Source of the DNA: Cloacimonetes bacterium UBA5614
Lineage (GTDB): Bacteria > Cloacimonadota > Cloacimonadia > Cloacimonadales > Cloacimonadaceae
Assembly: GCA_002424605.1 (NCBI GenBank)
Contig: DIKQ01000002.1
Span: forward strand, 23,483-87,482
DNA: 64,000 nucleotides
Direction of reading: 5' to 3'
This document shows positions 1-11,200 of the stretch, one piece after another. Numbering within the stretch: the first letter of the stretch is position 1; the number at the start of each line of letters is the position of its first letter. The position numbers and the translations under genes were made by a program. The notes beneath the pieces are model-generated. The model made no database searches and had not been told where the DNA came from. It saw only the letters and a program-made list of their open reading frames with translations.

Positions 1-1074
1 AACCAGACTACCGGCAAGCGCGAGCGTGTATCCAGAATCCTGCAGATGATGAGCAACCGCAAAAACGACCTGGATAAACTCTATGCCGGGGACATTGGCG
101 CGGTGGTCGGACCCAAGAACCTGATTACAGGCGATACCATCACTTCGGACAATATCTCTGTCCTGCTCTCCAGGATGAATTTCCCCGATACCGTAATCTC
201 CATTGCCATCGAACCCAAAACCAAGGCAGACCAGGACGCCCTGAAAGAAGCTCTGGCGCGCCTGGAAGAAGAAGACCCCACCTTCAATGTGAGAATAGAC
301 AAGGAAACGGGGCAGACCCTGATTTCAGGCATGGGGGAACTGCACCTGGACATCATCGTTGACCGCCTCAAACGCGAATTCAACGTGCAGGCAAACGTCG
401 GCACCCCACAGGTGTCTTACAAGGAAACCATCACCAAACAGGTCACTATAGATGAAGCCTTCCAAAGGGAAATGAACGGCAAGGTAAACTTTGCCAAAGT
501 CCGGCTGGTAATCAGTCCGATTCCGCTTTCCAAAGTGCCGGAAGGCAAGAAGAATGTATTTGTGAACAAGGTGACGGAAGACGTCATCCCGTCCTGCTAC
601 TGGAAGGCAATTGAAGAGAGCGCTATGAACGCCCTGAATGACGGACCCCTCATCAACGGAAACGTGGAACGGGTGAAAGTGGAGCTGGTAGGCGGTCAGT
701 TTGACACGGTGAATTCCAGTGAAATGGCGTTTCACATAACTACGGCTATGGCTGTCAGCAGAGGATTGCGGGAAGCGGACGCCGTGATAATGGAACCCAT
801 TATGCTGTTGTCAGTGCTGACTCCGGATGAGTTTGTGGGTGACATCATCGGCGATATCAATTCCAAACGCGGTAAAGTGGATATCTTTAGAAGGCACAAT
901 GAATATCAGCAGGAGATTGTGGCGGAAGTGCCGCTTAGCGAGCTTTTCGGCTATGCTACGCGCATCCGTTCGCTATCGCAGGGAAGAGCAGTCTATACCC
1001 TGGAATTCAAGAAGTATGAGGTCACTCCCCCCAATGTGCAAAACGTGATTCTAAAGCGCATCAGGGGTTATTGA
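1..1074 (+). CDS. fusA: Elongation factor G, C-terminal ~357 aa (5' end outside window)
   Basis: Frame 1 is open from base 1. Translation NQTTGKRERVSRILQMMSNRKND...GELHLDIIVDRLKREF...PDEFVGDIIGDINSKRG is typical of EF-G domains II-V. Confidence 0.9.
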   Translation, partial: NQTTGKRERVSRILQMMSNRKNDLDKLYAGDIGAVVGPKNLITGDTITSDNISVLLSRMNFPDTVISIAIEPKTKADQDALKEALARLEEEDPTFNVRIDKETGQTLISGMGELHLDIIVDRLKREFNVQANVGTPQVSYKETITKQVTIDEAFQREMNGKVNFAKVRLVISPIPLSKVPEGKKNVFVNKVTEDVIPSCYWKAIEESAMNALNDGPLINGNVERVKVELVGGQFDTVNSSEMAFHITTAMAVSRGLREADAVIMEPIMLLSVLTPDEFVGDIIGDINSKRGKVDIFRRHNEYQQEIVAEVPLSELFGYATRIRSLSQGRAVYTLEFKKYEVTPPNVQNVILKRIRGY

Positions 1075-1092
1075 TACAGTCCCGTTCCAATC

Positions 1093-2310
1093 CTATTCGT
1101 ATCTCAGGGCATCTATCAGGTTCAGGTTCGCTGCTTTTTTTGCAGGATACCAGCCGAAAAAGATGCCGATAGCACAGGAGAAAGTTACTGCCAGAACCAC
1201 TGACCAAGCAGTGATGGATATGCTCCACTGCATGGTTTGTCCCACGATTTTAGCAGCTATATAACCCAGCGCAATACCGATAAATCCACCCATCACACTG
1301 ATTGTAACGGCTTCAATAATGAATTGCAGCAGGACATCCCTTTTCTTGGCCCCTACAGCCATGCGGATGCCTATCTCCTTGATGCGTTCAGTGACAGAGA
1401 CCAGCATGATGTTCATTATGCCGATGCCTCCCACCAGCAGGGATATGCCTGCTATGCTGGCAAGCAGGATAGTAAGGGTGTTGGAGACTGATTCCGAGGT
1501 CTGGGCAATGTCGGTCTGGCTGCGAACCCAGAAATCTTCGGTCGTGGTATCGCGATGCCTTCTCTGGAGCAGGCTGATTATGTCCTGCTGAACCATGGGC
1601 ATTACATCCTTGGATTCTGCAGAGACGTTTATCATCATCATGGGCCTGCGGTCACCCATCAGGCGCGTAAGAACCATAGTGTAGGGAGCAATCACCACGT
1701 CATCCTGGTCTCCGCCCATGATGCTCTGGCCTTTGGACTTGAGGACGCCTATAACGGTGACTGGTACATTGCGGATCCTGATAACCTTGTCAATGGGGTC
1801 TTCGTCCCCAAACAAGCCAGAGGCAACGGTTTGGCCGATGACGCACACCTTATGCCCCGAGCGCACTTCGCTGCTGTTAAAGAAACCGCCCAGCTCAGCT
1901 TCCATATCCCTGATGTAGAAGTAATCCACGTCTGCGCCTATGATGCTGCTGCGCCAGTTCTGGTTCGAATACTTGAGCTGTCCCCAGGTTCTCACGATAG
2001 GGGAGGCATACCTTACACCCTTGACCTCTTCGCGAATGGCATCCACATCATCAATCTTGAGCATGGTTCCCGTGCCTGCTTCGGCCCGGACGGCCGTTCT
2101 GGAACTGCTGAAATTGGAGGAGATGGTCAGCACGTTGGTGCCCATGCTGCTAATCTGGTCATCAACGATTTTCTTGGCTCCCTGCCCGATTGCCAGCATG
2201 GTGATGACTGCTGCCACGCCGATGATGATACCCAGCATGGTCAGAAAGGTGCGGGTCTTGTTTCTCTGCAGGGATTTGAATGCGATTTTTATGATTGCTA
2301 AGATAGGCAT
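1093..2310 (-). CDS. ABC transporter permease, MacB/FtsX family
   Basis: 405 aa with an N-terminal TM helix, a large periplasmic loop and a C-terminal FtsX-type TM bundle. Lies in an operon with the ATPase and adaptor. Confidence 0.85.
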   Translation of the reverse strand: MPILAIIKIAFKSLQRNKTRTFLTMLGIIIGVAAVITMLAIGQGAKKIVDDQISSMGTNVLTISSNFSSSRTAVRAEAGTGTMLKIDDVDAIREEVKGVRYASPIVRTWGQLKYSNQNWRSSIIGADVDYFYIRDMEAELGGFFNSSEVRSGHKVCVIGQTVASGLFGDEDPIDKVIRIRNVPVTVIGVLKSKGQSIMGGDQDDVVIAPYTMVLTRLMGDRRPMMMINVSAESKDVMPMVQQDIISLLQRRHRDTTTEDFWVRSQTDIAQTSESVSNTLTILLASIAGISLLVGGIGIMNIMLVSVTERIKEIGIRMAVGAKKRDVLLQFIIEAVTISVMGGFIGIALGYIAAKIVGQTMQWSISITAWSVVLAVTFSCAIGIFFGWYPAKKAANLNLIDALRYE

Positions 2311-2311
2311 A

Positions 2312-3058
2312 TCAGTCCTCTTCGATGGGTGGAAGCGCCTTCAGGTCCTCTATGGCGGATTTTGGTCTGTCATTCGTAGTATCAGAGCGGATTTTTCCGT
2401 CCTTGAAAGTGATTATTCTATCCGCATACTGGGAGATATCGTGCTCATGCGTGACCAGGATTATAGTGATGCCTCTGGAGTGCAGTTCCTGAAACACAGC
2501 CATGACTTCCACACTGGTGCGGGAGTCCAGGTTTCCGGTGGGCTCGTCCGCCAGCAGGATAACCGGCTCATTGACGATTGCCCTGGCGATGGCAACCCTT
2601 TGTTGCTGACCGCCGGAAAGCTGATTGGGAAAATGATGCGCCCTGTCCTCAATATTCACGTTCCGCATGGCTTTGCGGGTAAGCTCTTTGCGTTCATGAT
2701 GCGAAAGCCTGGTCCTGTAGAGCAGGGGCAATTCCACATTCTCAAGAGCGGTGGTTCTGGACAGCAGATAGAAGGACTGAAAGACATAGCCTATCTTCTG
2801 GTTACGGAGGTTTGCCAGCTCTTCTTCCGGAATGGTGTGGACGCCAATCCCGTCCAGCGAGTACTTGCCGGAAGTGGGCTTATCCAGGCAGCCGATGAGG
2901 TTCATCAAAGTTGTCTTGCCGGAACCGCTGGCGCCCATGATGGCAATGAACTCGCCTTTATTGATGTTCAAATCCACTCCCCGCAGGGCATGGACTTCCA
3001 CATCGCCCATTATGTAGGTCTTGGTCAGCTGTTCGATTTTTACCAGTGGTTCAGACAT
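2312..3058 (-). CDS. ABC transporter ATP-binding protein (MacB/LolD-like)
   Basis: Walker A GASGSGKT, ABC signature LSGGQQQR, Walker B ILLADEPT. Confidence 0.95.
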   Translation of the reverse strand: MSEPLVKIEQLTKTYIMGDVEVHALRGVDLNINKGEFIAIMGASGSGKTTLMNLIGCLDKPTSGKYSLDGIGVHTIPEEELANLRNQKIGYVFQSFYLLSRTTALENVELPLLYRTRLSHHERKELTRKAMRNVNIEDRAHHFPNQLSGGQQQRVAIARAIVNEPVILLADEPTGNLDSRTSVEVMAVFQELHSRGITIILVTHEHDISQYADRIITFKDGKIRSDTTNDRPKSAIEDLKALPPIEED

Positions 3059-3066
3059 AGCTTATC

Positions 3067-4539
3067 CTATCGACCGGGACCGAACCCGCCCGGGGTAAAG
3101 GCGGAACGGTTTGCGGCGGAAGCCTGCTTGGCGTTTTTATAGTTTACGCCGGCAATGAATTCCTGTCCTTCTGTGATGCCGGAGATTACTTCCGCAAAGT
3201 TACCGTCCGAAAGTCCTGTTACCACCTCTATCGCTTTGGGTTTGCCGTTTTCCAGCACCCAGACGCGGTTGCGGGTGGTGCGGACTCGGTCGCTGCTGTT
3301 GGCATCAAAGACAAACTCGCCGCCTGTGCTGCTTTTGCCTTCCACTGCTTCCGAGGGTTTTCCTTCCTGACCGGCCTTGCCTCGTCCTTCGCCTCCGCGC
3401 ATTTTCTGCATGAATTCCCTTCTCTGCTCCGGAGTCATATTCTCCAGTTTTGCGCGCAAGCTGTCCGGCAACTGCTGTCTTTGTCCGGAACTGGATGCCT
3501 GGGTTTCTCCGGCAGGTGGCTGTCCGGTGGGTGCAGCGGCTTCTCCGTTCTGCATGGAGCGTCCCCGTCCACGCAGGGAAGCTGTGAGGCTATCATCCCA
3601 TTTCAGCCCGAACTGCTTCCACAGTTCTTTGCTGGGCCTGAAACGCAAGGCAGTTTCGGGGATACGCAGCACGTTCTGCTTTTCTTTCACAATGATGGTT
3701 ACGTTGGCGGTCATGCCGGGCAATAACTTTAGCTGGGGGTTATCCACATCTATGATAACGCTGTAGGTGACCACGTTTTGGGAGGAGGTGGGGCTGAGGC
3801 GCACCTGATTGACCTTGCCCAAAAACTGTTCTGTGGCAAAGGCGTCAACCTTGAATTCCACATCTTCGCCGACCCTGATTTTACCGATATCCGCTTCGTC
3901 TATGTCTGCGTTTATCTGCATTTTCCTTAGGTTGTTGGCGATGATAAACAGGGTGGGCGAACTCATGCTGGCAGCCACTGTCTGCCCTTCCTCCACTTTG
4001 CGGGAGATGATTACTCCGTCAATGGGGGAGGTGATGATGGCGTTTTGCAGGTTCTTTTCCGCCCTTTGCAGGGAGAAACGTGCGTTGGCAAGCGTTTGCA
4101 GGGTCTGTTCGTATTTATTCCTGGCTTTCAGCAGGTCATAGTCTGTGCCCATACCCTGTCTGTTAAGCTCGGTCTGCAGGTCCAGGTCTATTTTGGCATC
4201 GTCGGAACTTAGCTTTGCCCTGCGGACATCTGCGCGGGCAGATTCCAGGGCGGTTTCCAGGTTTTCCGTATCCAGTTTGGCAAGTATGTCACCTTGCCTT
4301 ACAGTTGAATTAAAATCTTTGAAAATCTTGGCGATTTTTCCTGAAATCTCGGTGCCCACTTCCACCTGTGAGGAAGGGTTGAGGGTTCCGCTGGCAGTCA
4401 CCAGTTCACGGATGTTGCCGGTTGAAGTTGTGTCCAGACGCCATTCCGGTCTGTTGCGGTTTTTCCTGTATTGCGTGTAGCCGATGATTAGTGCCGCAAG
4501 CACTATAACGATGATTGCGTATCTGATGGCTTTTTTCAT
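3067..4539 (-). CDS. HlyD/MacA-family periplasmic efflux adaptor with a low-complexity insert
   Basis: N-terminal TM anchor, coiled-coil hairpin region and beta-barrel motifs. First gene of the adaptor-ATPase-permease operon. Confidence 0.8.
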   Translation of the reverse strand: MKKAIRYAIIVIVLAALIIGYTQYRKNRNRPEWRLDTTSTGNIRELVTASGTLNPSSQVEVGTEISGKIAKIFKDFNSTVRQGDILAKLDTENLETALESARADVRRAKLSSDDAKIDLDLQTELNRQGMGTDYDLLKARNKYEQTLQTLANARFSLQRAEKNLQNAIITSPIDGVIISRKVEEGQTVAASMSSPTLFIIANNLRKMQINADIDEADIGKIRVGEDVEFKVDAFATEQFLGKVNQVRLSPTSSQNVVTYSVIIDVDNPQLKLLPGMTANVTIIVKEKQNVLRIPETALRFRPSKELWKQFGLKWDDSLTASLRGRGRSMQNGEAAAPTGQPPAGETQASSSGQRQQLPDSLRAKLENMTPEQRREFMQKMRGGEGRGKAGQEGKPSEAVEGKSSTGGEFVFDANSSDRVRTTRNRVWVLENGKPKAIEVVTGLSDGNFAEVISGITEGQEFIAGVNYKNAKQASAANRSAFTPGGFGPGR

Positions 4540-4670
4540 TACTCCGTCCTATCTATCCGGTATGATTTTGATTTCCTTAGGGATTTATGATGAGAATCAC
4601 TTACGCTTCAATCTGAATGCAACTCTTCTGTCAATCATTTCTTTCCTTAGTTTAATACAATCCCGTCCTG

Positions 4671-4800
4671 TGTTTCCTTTATCTTTTCTTTGCCTGTTCC
4701 TTGCTTAGATGTCCCGAAGATGTCCCGAAGCCGGCCGGGTTTTCTTCGGGAGGCTTCGGGACATCTCCGCGACAACTAACTGAGGGAAAAGAGAGAAACA
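4671..4800. repeat. Element A copy 1: CT-rich leader plus modular palindrome (GATGTCCCGAA x2 ... CTTCGGGA x2)
   Basis: Near-identical to 11813-11930. Core 4697-4749 and 4754-4777 are identical by manual alignment. GATG modules start at 4708 and 4719 (11-nt period), and inverted CTTCGGG modules start at 4744 and 4754. Confidence 0.85.
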
Positions 4801-4819
4801 TATAAGAATAGAGTGCTTA

Positions 4820-5074
4820 GCAGAGTCGAATATCCCGGGCTCTGACCCGAATTCAGGACATAAAACTATACGAAAGCGGATATCTCCGTAATCGGACAGT
4901 GTTTGCATAAAGTGAAGACAGACAGTAGGATAGACTGCTTGTAGATAGGGTGTATTACGGATTCGGAGAAACCTCTTGAGCAGGAAAACCGGGATACGGA
5001 CGGCTATTGTGCTGCAAAATAGTGTGTTAAGATGTTGGAACAAAGATTGATTATACTTGACTTTGATATGATAT
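4820..5074 (+). promoter_or_regulatory. Duplicated non-coding control block (homolog of 15648-15901), including a fossil EBP-gene 3' end
   Basis: Collinear, high-identity manual alignment with the region between the EBP gene and the pseudo-receiver gene of unit 2. Confidence 0.8.
5036..5051 (+). promoter_or_regulatory. Candidate sigma-54 (-24/-12) promoter, TGGAAC-N5-TTGAT
   Basis: GG and TTG elements at the canonical spacing. Conserved in position with 15863-15878. An NtrC-type EBP is encoded in the locus. Confidence 0.45.
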
Positions 5075-5217
5075 GTGTAAGTATTGGTAATCAGTTCCAG
5101 CTATTATGAACAGGATGCATCTGCTGGATAAGAGTCCCCGGAATCGGACACAGGTGAAACTGGTTAGATCTTAGAAATCAGAATTATAAAAATAAACTAG
5201 AGAGTGAAGGAGAAGTC
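5075..5217 (+). pseudogene. Remnant of the pseudo-receiver gene (nonsense at codon 2 plus ~260-nt internal deletion)
   Basis: GTG TAA GTA TTG GTA here versus GTG AAA GTA TTG GTA at 15902. The 5' ~45 nt and 3' ~110 nt of the 15902-16327 gene are retained and the middle is missing. Confidence 0.75.
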
Positions 5218-8200
5218 ATGAAAAAGCTCGTTATAGTTTTTATGCTGTGCCTGCTGGGTGCGCTTCATGCAGAAACCCGTATAGTATCGTTAACCGATGC
5301 AAGGAGAATTGCAGACAGCAATGCCGCCATATTATGGGGCGGAAATCTCGGATCTGCAGAACCAATCCCTTACTACGGACCGGATGATAAAATCATAGCT
5401 TACCATTTCAACTATGCCATTGGCAGACCTTTTCCTGATAAACATTCTCTTCAGCAAAGAAGCGGTGAGGCACTGTCATCCGGTAACCGAGACCTGGGCT
5501 GGGGCGTGGGCGAATTTGGCAATATGGTTATCGGTGCTAATCGTAATATGCCCGTCTTTGTGGAATATTCCAAATGTCTCTCACAGCAATACGCTTATGC
5601 CCAAAAACTGGAAGAAGCAGCTTCCCGCGAGTTTCCCAAAGGATACGAACTGACCAAAACATACTATCTGGGACTGGTAGATGTCTGGTATAGAATAAAC
5701 GACGGGAATGAAACCAAATATATAAATCTTGAACCCTATACCAAGGTAAAAACAGAGACGGAATTTCGTGAGATGATAAAAGACAAGATCTTTTTCTGGG
5801 AAAGGGACAGTTTTGAGGAGGAATGGGAATACCTGCTGGATAACGGCAACACTATGAGCAGAGCAGAAGTGATGATTCCCGGTGAAGAGCTGATGCCATA
5901 CTATGAGTGGAACTATGGCTGCACACCAACTTCCGGAGCCATGCTTTTTGCCTGGTGGGATGCCTATAAAGGTTATGGTAAACTGATAAAGCACCATTCA
6001 ACCAAATGGGATCCTGTGGTTGGTCGATACACACATCACGTTCCAGATATTCAGGGTATACTGGCAAACACTATGGATACAGGTTCTGATGGCACTACTT
6101 ATTCGTGGGACATTTGTGATGGAATGGTCGATGCTGCAAGTATTGTCGGATACAACTGTGAATCTGACGGTCTTTGGGCTCTTCACCATACTGTAGCAAC
6201 CTTATTTAATGGAATTCGAAATTCAATTGATAGTGGTTATCCAATATTGGTTGACACCTGGTCACATACGATGTGTGCGGTTGGTTATGGAACCTGGCCT
6301 TCCATGGTTCTCGTGCATGACCCTAATCTACCAGCCATTAGATTTCTTTCCAGGTCCTCGTTATGGCGATACTATTGGGCAGATTTTGAACCTTTAAATG
6401 ACTTCCACTCGGCTGAGTTGAATTTTCCCAATGGCGGGACCCAGTGGGAGAATAACTTTGGCGGCGAAACTCTGATATCCGGAATCTATTATGACATTAC
6501 CTGGAGTTCCACACTCAGTCCCAATGCCTATGCCAAGATTTATTATCATGACGAGGGCGGATCGACATCCAACAGATGGTTTCCCATAACCTTATACACT
6601 CCCAATGACGGACATTACCGGTGGCTGGTTCCAACTATTCAGGGTTGTATGTACGGTATCAATACTGACTATGCCAGAGTAAAAATCGAAATCTATGATA
6701 ACAACACCCATCAATTGCTCGCCGCAGACGGGAGCTACGGCAATTTAAAAATAAAAGGCGATTACGTCATGCCCTGGTTGAATGCCGCAGGTACCAATAT
6801 CAATACCAGTAAAATTTACACCAGAATAAATCATTCGACCAATAATAACTGGGGACTGATTGCTTTCCGTGGTTCAAATAGCAACATAGACATAGAGCTT
6901 TACCAGAGTCCGGATTTTTACAATCAGCTATATACCTCGCAATCCCCTTCAAGTTTGAATTATATGCTGATAAACAACTTCCAGCAAACACCCAACGCTT
7001 ATGGAGTCAAGTTTGCTACAGATGTATCATCTTTTCAGGGTAGTGCTGCATTTGTAACATCCAATGCTTCACAAATAAGTCCATATATAACATACAATTA
7101 TGACTGGGGTAATACTGATATAGCCAAAGTTTATCAGGTTTACCTGACACCCGGTCAATATTCTATTACAATGCACAGAATTGCCGGTTTTATGGATCTT
7201 GATATAGCTCTCTATGCGCCTGGCTCGGGTGTTTATACCTATAACCAGGCAGTAGCATATTCCAATAATTACGGTACCGTTGATGATGTAATTGTTTACA
7301 GGGTTACAACTGCCGGTTATTATGCTTTGGTTGTCAGTTGCAGTTCCGAGCATAACGGAGAATACTCAATTCTTATCGAAAACGCCGGTAAATGGCTGGG
7401 GACGGTAAGCAACAACTGGTTCAACCCCGCTAATTGGGTAGGCAATACCGTGCCGAATTTAACAAACGATGTGGTAATACCTCCCGATTGTCCCAATTAT
7501 CCCATTCTTTGGTCAGGAACTTATCCCGAGATTAAGTCCATAAGGATTGAATCGAATGCTTTTCTGACCATCGGAGCCACCGAGATGAATGTCCACCAGA
7601 GCATGCAGGTCTATGGCACTATCAACATGACCTCGAACAGCAGCGTTTTGAGTGTGGGAGAAAACCTGTATTGGGGAGCCGGTTCTTCTCTGGTAGGCAG
7701 TATTTACAATTACCAGATAGTATGTTACAAAAACTGGGACTTTGGATTAGGTTCCAATATTCAGATGACTTCGGGTACCGTGGTATTCTGGGGGGACGAG
7801 GACAGCTATGTCACCACCAGTTCTGCCACTTCCAGGTTCAATAATGTGACCATAAACAAACAATACACTCTCACAGGCAGGTCTGTCATCCATAGCGGAA
7901 ACTCATCCAATGACTGGAGAGTTAACGGCAACCTCTTAATATCAAGCAGCTATTCCACCCTGCGCTCAGATTCAGAGAAAAAAATCATTTTGCTGAACCC
8001 CATTACCAACAACGGGTATATCGAACTGGATAATGGCACCCTTGAACTTACTGCCAGCTGTTCCCTTCCCTATCTATCCACTGGCAACTATCTTAACAAT
8101 CTTGTAATCAGCACTAATGCAGTCAATGCCTTGCCTTCAAATTATAAAATAGTGGGCAATCTCACCATCAACAGCGGTGGCATCGATGCCAACACCAGAA

Positions 8201-11200
8201 CCATTACCTTGTCCGGTAACTTTATAAACAATGTCGGACCTTCAGGATTTGTCAAAGGAACCAGTACCGTAATCTTTAACGGATACGGAGACCAGAGATG
8301 CACCAATGGCAATTTCCACCGCATGGAAGTTAACAAGACGACCGGCAATGTCAAATTCACGGGAACAGGTGCCATTTCAAATGTGGATATCTACGACTGG
8401 ACAACCGGCGGTATAGAAGTAAATCAGGGAGCTCTGACCATTTTTGATTTAGCGGATAACGGCTTGTATGGCACCTACAAAATGACGGGAGGTACTCTAA
8501 ACGTTAATCAGGATAACTCCCAATATACAGACCTTAATGGCAGTCTGTATATCTACAGCGGGACCATGAATGTCTATGGTGGAAACGGAAACAGCTACTG
8601 GCCATATGCAGCCAATGCCCACATAGAAATGCATGGCGGAGTGCTGGATTTCAAAAACCGCGGGATTTACGTCTACAATTCTCCGGTCTTTTCGCTGACT
8701 ACAGAGCTTTTTGGGGGCAGAATCCGCACAGCTGGAAGTTTTCTCTGTTACCGTCCGGACTTCCAGCCTGCCGGGGAGTATTACCTTGAACTTTATGGCA
8801 GTACGGATGCCAACATCTATCTGCATAGTTCCGCCTCGGTACACTCTGTAATATTCAACAAAGGCAGCAACCGTTCGGAGGCCTGTCCTCCCGGGCTTGA
8901 CCTGATAAGACGGGACGGGGTCGACTTTCCCGCAGAACTGCGCAATAGTGAAAATGACTTGACCAGAATCAATCAGGTTAACCTCATCAGCAACGTCTAT
9001 ATCTTCGGTGACCTGATTATCGAATCAGGTACCGTCAACCTGAACAGCTACACCCTGACCACTGAAAGCGATACTGATGTAATAAATGGCACCATTCTAA
9101 TGAACCAGGCATCAGCCCGGTTAGTGACCTATGGCAGATTCCAGTGGGGAGAGAATGCCACACTGAACGTCACTGCAGGTGAAATGCATTTCTATTATCA
9201 TCTTACTATAGCCGAGAATTCTGTCTTCCAGATGGGTTCCGCCACGACAGCCAGATTCTGGACTGAGTTCAGCAAAATTATCAACTATGGTGCCAACTGC
9301 CAGTTCGGCTATGTTGTGCTGGAAGACGGATGCGAACTGGAAATCCTGGACTTTCAGCCGGTTACGATTACAAGCGGCCTGATCCTCCAGGGCGAAAGCA
9401 TTCTGCAGGTCAATGGAGTCCTCAATGTCATCGGCTATGTTGTTGTCTATGAATATGCCAATATCTATATCCGGGCAAACACGACAATCGATTATTACAT
9501 CAATTTGTATGGTGTCCTGACCATAGATAACTCCACTTTAACCTGTCACAGTTACTTATATAACATTGGCGGATCTCTGGTCTTGAATAATAATGGCAGT
9601 TGCATACTTGACAGGGCATTTGACAGCACTTACCATCAGATGGATGGAGTATATATTATAAACAGCGGTGTATTTGAAGTTACGAACAACGGTGTCCAGT
9701 TTACCAACGACTCCTATGTTACCATGTATGGCGGCACCCTCCGCACCGGCTGGAATTTTTGGGCAACCATAGCCAACAGGTTTAATCCGGCTGGCGGCAG
9801 TGTGGAGTTTATCGGAGACAGAAACGCTTCCCTCTGGTGCAATAATGGCAATTACTTCCATAATCTCATCTTCAGCAAACCCGGCACCAGGAGTGTTGGG
9901 ATAAACACGGATTTGCAGATTAATGGTGATTTAATCCACCAGAGCGGTTATTCTGCTATGAACGGATACAACATCCACATCATGAGGGACGTAATTATCC
10001 ACGCAGGCAGAATGGGTGCTTCCAGCACCGACCTGACTGATATCTATGTGGGCAGGAACTGGATAAAAAATGGCGGCTCCTTTGTTGCGGGAACTAATTC
10101 ATTAAACGGCTGCACTGTGCATCTCATCAGTGCCGGTGAAAATGCCGTCCTCTCTACTGAATCATTCTATAACCTTCACATCAACAAACAGAATGCGGTC
10201 GGAAACATTGTTTCGCTGCAGCCCTCTGCTACTGTGCAGGTAAATGGCGCTCTGGACATTGAGCGGGGAAAACTGAATGTGTTGAGTAACAGCATCCTGG
10301 ATGTCAACAACCATCTGACCATCATGCCCGGTGGCGGTTTGCGCCTTAGTGATACTTATACTGGCGGAACCCTTAAACTGGCAGGAAACTTTACCGACCA
10401 GAACACCACTATGGCTGGAGGTGATGGCTTTCAGGCATTAGACGACTGCCTGGTAATTCTGGATGGAACTGCAGACCAATACTTAACCGCTAATTACCCC
10501 TGGCTGCAATTCTATCATTTGTCCGTCGACAAATCCTCCGGCAGGGTTATGCCAAACAGCAACGTGACAATCGCCAGAGAACTGCACCTTGTAAGAGGAG
10601 AGTGGCATTATGGGCAACAGAATGTGGAGTTAGCCATTGGTACAGATTTGGTCGTAGAAGCGGCTGCATCTTTCAATTATTTTACGGGTTGTGTCCGGTT
10701 TGAAAGCTGGAGGGACAGCAATATCACAATCCTTGGTACCGCTAATATGGCTGCTATCCGCATTGATAAAGGCGGCTTCAACTTCAATCTTACCGGGAAC
10801 ACCGTCATTGGCGGAGAACCGGAAATCAGCCTCTACTCCGGTATCATCAACCTGAACGGCCACACCCTTCAGTTGGATGCAGGCCGTATATACATTGGCT
10901 CTGCTGTTTCCACAGTATTTCTGCAGGCGGGTTCTGTCCTCAGTTTGGGCAATGATTTTGTGGTTGAGGTCGTCAACGGCGGCAGATTCGTCACACTGGG
11001 AACGGAAGCCAATCCGGCTCTTGTCACCAGTCATAATGGTTACTATATCTTTATTGTGTTTGATAATGGTAAAATCGGCGGAAGCTGGGGCATCTATGAA
11101 AAGATGAGTGCTGAAGGAATTTGGTTTGAACAGGCATCCAGCCCGGTTGATAATACTTACCCCTGGACTTATCCAACCTTCCGCAATGGCGCACCCGGCG

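Noticed and set aside
1555-3142. Plus-strand ORFs of 248 and 400 aa antisense to the ABC permease and ATPase genes.
   Set aside because: They are shadows of genes with unambiguous Walker and FtsX motifs on the minus strand.
4708-4765. Short tandem 11-nt repeats (element A, 46488-46543, 57851-57894), considered as CRISPR arrays.
   Set aside because: The repeat units are 11 nt and directly abut or invert, with no unique spacers. No cas genes are in the window.
4705-5043. Minus-strand ORFs of 112 aa (4705-5043) and 68 aa (15638-15844) that share a conserved peptide (YPxVCxHFMxTLSDYGxIRFRI...PEFGSEP).
   Set aside because: The conservation is explained by nucleotide-level duplication of the non-coding control block. 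Differences between the copies are mostly non-synonymous in that frame. No RBS is seen. The ORFs run through the palindromic element and the fossil EBP 3' end. I treat them as non-coding.
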